A DNA stretch of 64,000 bases from the NCBI GenBank assembly GCA_002269645.1, contig NIVC01002742.1, forward strand, positions 62,001 through 126,000, in the 5' to 3' direction. Shown one piece after another: positions 45,360 to 64,000 of the stretch; position 1 is the stretch's first letter, and every line of letters begins with the position of its first letter. The stretch comes from Macrostomum lignano (Eukaryota). The translations under genes were made by a program, and so were the position numbers. The notes under the pieces were generated by a model that saw only the letters and a program-made list of their open reading frames with translations, did not search any database and was not told where the DNA came from.

Positions 45360-45798
45360 CCATAGTCAGGAAAGTAACACAGTATGTGCCAGAGAAAATT
45401 TTTTGAGAGAAGATCTGTGTGCCATTTGTGCACCATAGTTTGTATTGTATATTAGTGTATGCCAAGGGTTTAATGCTGGAAAAAATAACAAAACCTTGTT
45501 TCTGGTATCATGGTGCACTGAATGACCTTTTTTGACCCTATGTTCTGTCAGTGGCATGCATTAAAAATGTCATGTAACTTGCAACAACTGTGGCCCCTTG
45601 GCACATTTTTGCTTGACCCTTGGCATGCATCCACACATTTTTATGCATAAAATATTTTAGAGACTGCAGTGTGCACTATAATTATATGCCACATGCACTG
45701 GGGACCATAGTGTGCACTGCTTTTGTGCACCAAGTATACCATGGACTTCTTTTGTGTGCCAGAATTTTCTCTGGCATAGGCCACCGTGCTGACTATGG
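45360..45798. mobile_element. MITE (439 bp) between RBM26/27 and NUDT21
   Basis: Termini CCATAGTCAG / CTGACTATGG; subterminal inverted match GCCAGAGAAAATT / AATTTTCTCTGGC; flanks CCTATATC / CCTATATT (7 of 8 identical, TSD-like). Confidence 0.65.
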
Positions 45799-46087
45799 CC
45801 TATATTCTCACCCTATGCTATATTTCTATTAATAATTAGTATGTCATATTGGCTATAAGAAGCTTGGCATACATTGGTTGATATAAAATTTTGATAAGTT
45901 ATTTTTGTTCTGTTGTATACTTTGTATGATTTCCACTGTGGTCTATATAGCAGTCAACATGAGGTAGATTAGATAAAAAATTGTAGGATTGTATTTTGGG
46001 ATCAAAGAAGTGGGATCATGATCCCTATCTAATGTATCAAAAACACAATATTACCCAATTGTGTTTTCTTGCATGATTGCCAGCTAA

Positions 46088-47872
<1,785 letters not shown>

Positions 47873-47924
47873 TTCTCTAGCTAGTAGTTTTACTTTGTTT
47901 TATATTTTCTGTCTTTTATCAAGG

Positions 47925-49915
47925 AGGAAATAGAATGGGGTGGTTGGCTATTATAGCAGTTTCAGCCAATAGGAGTAAATGGAGTGAGGTGGGTGGCTAT
48001 TATAATAGCTTCAGCCAATAGGAGTGAATAGAATGGGGTGGTTGGCTATTATAAGCAGTTTCAGCCAATAGGAGTAAATGGAGTGAGGTGGGTGGCTATT
48101 ATAATAGCTTCAGCCAATAGGAGTGAATAGAATGGGGTGGTTGGCTATTATAAGCAGTTTCAGCCAATAGGAGTAAATGGAGTAAGGTGGGTGGCTCTTA
48201 TAAAATTTCAGCCAATATGAGTTAGTGGAGCGAGGTGGTTGGCTATTATAACAGTTCAGCCAATAGGAGTGAATGGAGTGAGGTGGTTGGCTATTATAAC
48301 AGTTCAGCCAATAGGAGTGAGTGGAGTGAGGTGGTTGGCTATTATAGCAGTTTTAGTCAATAGGGAGTAAGTGGAGCGAGGTGGTTGGCTACTATAACAG
48401 TTTCAGTCGATAGGAGTGAGTGGAGTGAGGTGGTTGGCTATTTATAACAGTTTCAGCCAATAGGAGTGAGTGGAGTGAGGTGGTTGGCTATTTATAACAG
48501 TTCAGCCAATAAGAGTGAGTGGAGTGAGGGTTGTGGTCTCTTTGATAAGTTATTTTTTAAATTAAATGATACCCTCTCCGTAATCCTGTCTAAGAAGTAG
48601 TCATCTTCCTATTTTCTAATAATAAGGAATAAAAACGCTGTAAAACCTACTCTAAGTACTAATGTTTACGAGTTTTGTACATGCATTGAGTTTTAATAGG
48701 TCAATCTCTTAAGGACTAGCATTACTAGCATCAAGCATTTGATTAGGCTAAGTAAGTTTCTAATTATTTAGAATTTATTCCAACGTGTTACTCTGTTCAT
48801 CTATTGCCTGTTGTTAACAATGCTTTTTATGTATTTATGCTGAGTAATAATTAGTGCATATTGATTATTACATATACTCTGAGTTTTCCCATTTCGAGCT
48901 GCGTTTTTTGGCCCAATCCTGGTGAAATTTCAGCATCTGAATTAATAAACCTAAACTGCTTGCTTGTGTCCGTGTGTCACATGCTGTCCCCTTTGTATAA
49001 ATAAAACCATAGTAATTTGTAGTTTGTATTTGTTTATTATTTTGCTCATTATTCAGAATATTTAACTGCATTGAGGCCTAACCATGCTGTATGACTACCG
49101 ACTTATGTGTGTGGTAAAGTATCTATATCTATAGGTCTCTTATCGATACCCCGTTGAAAACGTTGTATACCGTGATAAGAATCGCTAAAGTCGTCGAAAA
49201 CAACTCTAGTGATTCTGAGCCGATTTTTTGGCTGTTTAACGACTCAAACGACTGTAATGCTACGCAGAGGCGACTGTTGAGAGTCACGAGCGCATAAGAG
49301 TCTCAAAAATTTCGTTCAAGAGTTGTTGTATTGGCGCTATCTTTCTAATAACTCAAGTAGACTTTGAGTTGTTAGAGATGACGCAGATGCGCTTTCGACG
49401 GTGCATTCTACGCTCGTACAGTCGACGCTAGCACGCCTCAGATGCGACTACTACGGCCCATTTAGAGTCATTTAATAAATGCCCCAGAATCTTAGACAAT
49501 AAAAACGCCTCCAATTGACTCTTAGGCGTCGTCTGGAGTCACAATTCTTTCCTATTTTACCTTTGCTACCTGCAACTACCCTGAAATGACTCTAGGTCAA
49601 TGACTCTGGCTAGTATAGCAGTTTCAGCCAATAGGATCAGTGAATGGAGTGAGGTGGGTGGCTATTATAATAGCTCCAGCCAATAGGAATGAATGGAGTG
49701 AGGTGGGTGGCTATTATAATAGCTTCAGCCAATAGGAATGAATGGAGTGAGGTGGGTGGCTGTTATAATAGCTTCAGCCAATAGGAATGAATGGAGTGAG
49801 GTGGGTGGCTGTTATAATAGCTCTAGCCAATAGGAATGAATGGAGTGAGGTGGATGGCTATTATAATAGCTTCAGTCAATAGGAATAAATGGAGTGAGGT
49901 GGCTGGCTATTAGCA
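47925..49915. repeat. About 49-bp minisatellite in two blocks (47925-48535 and 49610-49915) separated by about 1.1 kb of other sequence
   Basis: Unit GGAGTGAATGGAGTGAGGTGGTTGGCTATTATAACAGTTTCAGCCAATA. Confidence 0.85.
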
Positions 49916-50350
49916 AACGCATCTTCAAGAACTGTATAGCAATAACATATACATGTATAATAATTTTAGTAGGGCTGCGGGCGCGCGAAGACAATTCTGC
50001 CAATTCCGCTTGATTCTTGAGCACATACAATTAAAGAGCCAATACTGTACGCAGGCATTTAAGATGTACAGCGGCCCTGACTTTCTCATCGTCTGGTATG
50101 TACTCTCTCTACTCTCTCAGTCGCGAGGCCAACCTTGTTAGTTCTTAGAAACTTTTCGCTTCTGGGCTACGCGAAAACACTACCCGTAGTTGCAAAAGTG
50201 GCAAAAATACGAGCATAGACTATCAGTTGCTTATTCATTATACGAGTAGCATTCAACAGTCGTGGAGAAGACAACTATAAATGTCTTCGAGGGTAGACGA
50301 AGCATTCCTTCTGCAGTTGACTTCTTCAATATTCATGAATGCGTGCGACG

Positions 50351-50403
50351 CAAGGACTACTAAAGTAGATCGATATACATGTATGTTACTCTAGTCGTCC
50401 TTG
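50351..50403. mobile_element. 53-bp mini-derivative of the P-like element (TIR tips only)
   Basis: CAAGGACTACTAAAGTAG ... CTCTAGTCGTCCTTG resembles both termini of 2865-3562. No TSD retained. Confidence 0.6.
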
Positions 50404-50907
50404 GCGTAAGGAAGCCTTCATATATAATGGCTACTGAGTGAGACTCCTACAAGTCCTTAGCAACAGAAACTGAATGACAAGAACTCAAAACTGGCATCTC
50501 AAGCGCTGCAAACAGATCCAAAAAGGTACTAAAATACTGTGAATCTAAATGGTGCTACCAACTCATAATCTGCCTTGAAGTTATGAGATCTGGCAGCCTA
50601 TATAGTGTGGCTATTCAGATCCAGTTCAACTGCCAGACACCGGAAATCTTCAACCTTCCATTCGATCTGCCGCAGTCTGATTCCTGGAAAAGCTACCAAC
50701 TGCAAGGTGTTCTACCGATTTTTGATCGGGAAAACAGCAGCAACGAGCCCCGAGGGCTAGATAAACATTGTATCACCGTTAATGAGGTGTCTTTGACGTC
50801 TTATTGGAAGTACCTTGCACACTTATAGTGATGCTGTACCGCCTTAGTTACGGTAATAAAAAAATATGCATTTTTGGTGATTAATAATCTGTCATTTTAG
50901 CACGTAC

Positions 50908-51228
50908 CAGCCTGTAAGACTCAGTCATAGTGCGTGAAAACCTGTGAGACTCAGTCGCAGTGCGTGAAAACCTGTGAGACTCAGTCACAATGCGTGAAAA
51001 CCTGTGAGACTCAGTCACAGTGCGTGAAAACCTGTGAGACTCAGTCACAGTGCGTGAAAACCTGTGAGACTCAGTCGCAGTGCGTGAAAACCTGTGAGAC
51101 TCAGTCACAATGCGTGAAAACCTGTGAGACTCAGTCACAGTGCGTGAAAACCTGTGAGACTCAGTCACAGTGCGTGAAAACCTGTGAGACTCAGTCGCAG
51201 TGCGTGAAAACCTGTGAAGCTCAGTCTG
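50908..51228. repeat. 30-bp minisatellite (CCTGTGAGACTCAGTCACAGTGCGTGAAAA), about 10 units, upstream of EGFR
   Basis: Read directly. Confidence 0.92.
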
Positions 51229-51938
51229 CAGTGCAGAGCAAATTTAACTTTGGTGCAGCAAAACTTATTGATTAAGGAGCCACGTTATTCAACGACAGGT
51301 ATTACGTATTTTAAGTGAACTGCGTGATTAGCAGACATAAAAATTAAACAAATGATGGAATAACAAAACTATACAATAAATAAAACTTGTTGTGCTGTTA
51401 TTTTAAGTGTACACTATACATTTTGCCCAATGTACTCAATCAACAAGCTGCCTATTTTGGAGGGTTGGCATTGGGTGTGTGTCTGTGTGTGTGTGTGTGT
51501 GTGGTTGGCACAGGCTGTGAGCAACAAGAATAGTTTCGCACTTGGCTTTATGCATTGAGCCTCTCAGTGCAGTGCAGCTTTTGCGCACTTGGGTAGAGCC
51601 GGGTGGGGTGGGTCGAGAGAGGGAAGGGTTGGGGTGGGGGTTTGGTGGGCCCTTTCTTATCGTCATTCATTTCTAACCCTGCCCCCCCCCCAAACCCGAG
51701 CAAGCGAGAAGAGCACAAGAAGAGCTAGTAGGAAAGCCAGCAAGAGAGGCAGATAGGGGCTACAGTAACAACTCCGCAACTCCAGTATAGCTACAGACTC
51801 GCTGAGGACAGGAAGTCACTTCGCCAGATCTGTCCGGGTTTTCTAGTGCAAAACCATAATTTCTTAATTATCAGCTATTGCTGTTAGCATAAAAGTGTCG
51901 GATTTCATCAACTGATCAGACGCCAAACAAAGTACAGC

Positions 51939-60279
<8,341 letters not shown>

Positions 60280-62084
60280 CACCTCGGCACAGCTGACTGA
60301 AGTGGCTGAAGAAACGGGCGATGGAAAATTAAAAGAACATTTTAACTAAAACTTACAACAAAACTTTTAAAACTTTTCTTACAACAGTGGGACTTTGCTG
60401 ATCCTCCTTCCTTTGACAGGATGAAATTATCGGTTATTTTGGTGCATAATTAACATAATTTGTTTATTTCACTAACTTGCTTCAGACTGAACATGTAATA
60501 ACCATTTTAACCAAAATCAGTTTAACTGCTCACTATAAATGAATAGCCAAGCTCAGCTATAATTCCCGCGATTGACATGGAATTTTTAGCGCATCAAAAC
60601 TCTTCTTTGCAATTCTTTGCACGCAGAGTGATTTTTTCGAATGTTGTAATTAATAACATTAAAACAAATTTAATCATCCATTAAGGTACAAACATACAAT
60701 AAAAAACATGCATGCAACAAATATTTCTTTAAACTTCTTTTGTTAGATAGTTATTTTTTTCTTTTTTGCCGCAGTTACATGTATGACGTCATTTTGTTCA
60801 CATTCTATGACGTCATCTGCGGACTAGTGGCGTCATACGCTCTGTCATCAAAACATTCAACATAGGCATAACATTCAATTCAAGACACGGCTACCATATT
60901 CAACCTGTACTTCGATTACTATTTATGGCCAAAACAGATTATGGGGAGGCAATTGAATTTAAGACATCGAGCAGTGGAATTCAGACTTTAAACTCAGAAT
61001 CATAAGACAAACACACGTGTGTTCAATCAAATGTTTTCGCGGGTCAAGCGGTGGGGCAGGAAGCGTATGCAATGTGTGAGCAAACCAACTGCTGCACTCT
61101 TGGCAACCGAAATGACACCCACGCCTGACTCCCGCGATCCCGCGACTCTCTACAGTATCATGGAATGCCTGTAGATTGGTTTCATCTGGGGCCAATTTTA
61201 CGAAGCACTAGTAAAATACCTAGCCTAACCAGTGCTGATGGCTTGGCGTGTGTCCATATTGTGAGCAAGAGAGGCGGAGAAGTGGAGGCGGAGGCAGAGC
61301 TTCATTCTCATGTTCATGTTCATCTTCATTCATTCATTCTCATTCATTCGTGTTCGCTTCACGCAATAGGATCTTTACTGCCGCACAAGCGATAAACTGC
61401 CATAGACAAAGTCGTTTTCGTCTCGTTTTCTGTTTCATCCCTCTCTGATATACTGTAGGTCTGTCCCAGCATATAGTACGAGCTCACATCAAAATATGCT
61501 TTCAGCCAATAGGAAGGAACGGGGGGAAGGGATGCTAAAAGTGCAGGTCGAGCGAGACAAAAATAACTGGCTTAAATTAGCACTCCATTTTATTCTTTCC
61601 TCCATGGTTGAGACCGGCTTCCGGTTTTTTAATTTCTCGGAGCCTGTCCTTCGGCTCCAAGAGCATCATCTGTGACGTCTCGTGTAATAGAGACCAACCT
61701 GGGAAAATCCTCTATTTAGGACAGATGAGTAGAGCTCGTGCATTGTATATCAAGGTCAACGCACTTTCACAACCCTCTACACGACCGCTTTATTCATTCG
61801 TTTTACTTTCGAAAAAAGCACTGTTTTACTACATGTACACTAAACATTCATATATTGCCAAATAAACTGATTCGTTAAAAGTCTCTCTCTGTGACAAGGT
61901 AGAACAAGATAGAACAGTTTAATGGATGTACATGTACATCCCTCATGTGTACATCGGATCATCGATTTTACCAGCCTAACACGAATCATACGTAGAAGGC
62001 AAATAATTCATTCCATTATGCGCTAATTTTTACCTTACGAAATGACCAGAGGCTTGAAACTCGTTGCCAACTCAATACACCGTG

Positions 62085-62425
62085 ACCTCTACCCTCTCTC
62101 TCTCTCCTCTCTCTCTCCATGTCTCCTCCTCTCTATCTCTCATTCCTCTCTCTCCCCTCTCTACCTCTCCTCTTTCTACCTCTTCTATCTCTATCTCTCC
62201 TCTCTCTACCTCTCCCCTCTCTCTACCTCTCTTCTGTCTCTACCTCTCCCTCTCTCTACCTCTCTACCCCTCTCTCCCCCTCTCTCTCTACCTCTCCCTC
62301 TCTCTACCTCTCTCCCCCTCTCTCCCCCTCTCTCTCTCTACCTCTCCCTCTCTCTACCTCTCTCCCCCTCTCCCCCCCTCTCTCTCTCTACCTCTCTCTC
62401 CCTCTCTCTCACCTCTCCTCCGTCT
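62085..62425. repeat. CT-rich low-complexity tract
   Basis: Read directly. Confidence 0.9.
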
Positions 62426-62458
62426 CTCAAAGTTTTCAAAAACTTGAACCATGAAGTA

Positions 62459-63012
62459 CAGGGTGGGCGGAAAGTAACTCCTTATTTTAAATTACTTATA
62501 AATTGTATATAATTTGTTACTGCTTTGTCATATTTTTATAATTAATTCTCACAAATGGTACAATTTTATTGATAGTTTTGTTTTTGATTTCAGATAAAAC
62601 TGTAACATGGCTCAGCAGCTAACACTTCAGGAGCGAGCCCAGTTGGCGTCACGATATGAAGGGGTGGTCCACATGAATGGCCATCCAGGAGCCCGGATTT
62701 GACACCTTGCGACTTTTTTCTTTAGGGTTGGGTAAAGGAAGAAGTCTACCGCTCCAAACCAACGACACTCGAAGAACTGGAGGATCGAATAAGGGGAGTC
62801 ATGTCCACCATCCAGCGGAGTTTCTGAGAAAGTCAGTGGATGCCATTCCTGAACGTTTGCAGCAGCTGGTGGAAAGATCTGGGGCACATATTGAATTTTA
62901 GAGATAACTTACCATTTATGCCTACCTTTTATGATTAATTTTTTTGAGAATAAATAAATATAATGTACATGTTTTATCAATTAAAATAGGGAGTTACTTT
63001 CCGCCCACCCTG
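62459..63012 (+). mobile_element. Internally deleted Tc1/mariner (IS630-Tc1-mariner) element, 554 bp
   Basis: TIRs CAGGGTGGGCGGAAAGTAACTCC / GGAGTTACTTTCCGCCCACCCTG flanked by TA. Transposase N-terminus MAQQLTLQERAQLASRYE joined to a C-terminal remnant (D)L(T)PCDFFL*GWVKEEVYRSKPTTLEELEDRI...GAHIEF*. Confidence 0.92.
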
Positions 63013-63211
63013 TAGATTCATAATCATCAACTTGGTTATCTATGTCTATTCCATCTAAGTTTTTTATTCTTCATCAATGCTGAAGCACTTGTACACAGGT
63101 TTAGAACATAGACTATCGATGCGATTTTACTCAATTGAGTAAACTACGATCCCCATCTCTGAGAACCGAACAGCTATTGAAGGTTAAACGAGCACCAAAC
63201 GTGAACCAAAG

Positions 63212-63481
63212 ATGTTTGTCTCAGACAAGACCGTTCAACGCTTTCTTCTCGTTGCCTTCAGCATCGTGTTTGTCTTGGGCTTCTTCCAGCTGGTCTTTGC
63301 GTCCATGTTCACTGCCGGCCAGATCTCGGCCAACAGGATTGAAGGCTTCAAAGGATTCGACAAGGGGAGCAATCTTGAAGCGAGCATAGTGACTTCGATG
63401 TTTGCCAGCTTGCTCGAACTTCTGACTGGCGTTGTTGGCTTTATTGCCGCTTTGAAGAAATGGCGACTCCTGCTCATGCTG
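63212..63481 (+). CDS. First coding exon of a tetraspanin-like multi-pass membrane protein; continues beyond the window
   Basis: ATG 63212; short N-tail, TM1 (FLLVAFSIVFVLGFFQLVFASMF), small loop, TM2 (MFASLLELLTGVVGFIAAL), KKWRLLLML, then a gtgagt donor at 63482. Confidence 0.6.
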
Positions 63482-63653
63482 GTGAGTCATTCAGCTTTGC
63501 TGGTTTGTTTTAATTTCTTCCGGGTTCTTCGGGTTTCAGGATGCTTTGAAGCTCAGGATTCAGGATTTCAGGATGGCTTAGACCTTGGCCTAAATTTGAA
63601 GGAGAATTATTTTTCAATTCGTTCCACCTAACTTTGAGATACATAAAACGGAC

Positions 63654-63937
63654 TGGCGCCCCTTGGTGCTGGCGCCCCTTGGTGCTGGCGCCCCTTGGTG
63701 CTGGCGCCCCTTGGTGCTGGCGCCGCTTGGTGCTGGCGCCCCTTGGTGCTGGCGCCCCTTGGTGCTGGCGCCCCTTGGTGCTGGCGCCCCTTGGTGCTGG
63801 CGCCCCTTGGTGCTGGCGCCCCTTGGTGCTGGCGCCCCTTGGTGCTGGCGCCCCTTGGTGCTGGCGCCCCTTGGTGCTGGCGCCCCTTGGTGCTGGCGCC
63901 CCTTGGTGCTGGCGCCCCTTGGTGCTGGCGCCCCTTA
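63654..63937. repeat. 16-bp minisatellite (GGCGCCCCTTGGTGCT), about 17.5 units, intron of the tetraspanin-like gene
   Basis: Read directly. Confidence 0.95.
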
Positions 63938-64000
63938 GTCTTCTCCTTTAGCCTCTACGCTCATTTCCACTCTTCTCCCCTGTCCCCTCACCCCTCTTCT

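Noticed and set aside
50934-51275. Cys-rich repeat protein (CVKTCETQSQ)n
   Set aside because: It is a 30-bp array with a GTG start only, also open on the reverse strand, with no signal peptide or exon boundaries.

Overview
Eukaryotic (metazoan) genomic DNA with GC-rich exons, GT-AG introns and AT-rich intergenic stretches. The style (GC3-rich exons, introns filled with private minisatellites, EGFR/TRP/tetraspanin-like genes) suggests a free-living flatworm such as Macrostomum, but that is inference only. Eight spliced genes are supported: the 3' end of an unidentified Pro/Ser-rich gene (+, 1-1963), a multi-CUB-like single-pass membrane protein (-), a divergent TRP-like channel (-), a RING/B-box/filamin/NHL TRIM protein (+), RBM26/27 (-) head-to-head with NUDT21/CFIm25 (+), an EGFR-family receptor kinase (+), and the first exon of a tetraspanin-like 4-TM gene (+). 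Mobile DNA includes a hAT-like element with a nested P-like foldback element, a TIR element with a decayed THAP domain interrupted by an RTE LINE fragment, a deleted Tc1/mariner, a MITE and two tRNA-derived SINE families. About 40 tandem arrays are present. At least 8 frameshifts fall in otherwise intact genes, including NUDT21 and the EGFR kinase, and most look like long-read assembly errors. The most unusual observations are: (i) a copy of an RBM26/27 intron plus its 5' splice site sits antisense inside the single NUDT21 intron; (ii) an EGFR intron is bounded by an 8-bp TSD-like direct repeat; (iii) intronic minisatellites are built from splice-site-like modules and share cores; (iv) the RBM26/27-NUDT21 spacer has a dense cluster of TAGGCCTA palindromes. 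No prokaryote-type system (CRISPR, defence island) is present, and nothing here proves a new biological system; the findings are hypotheses to test.
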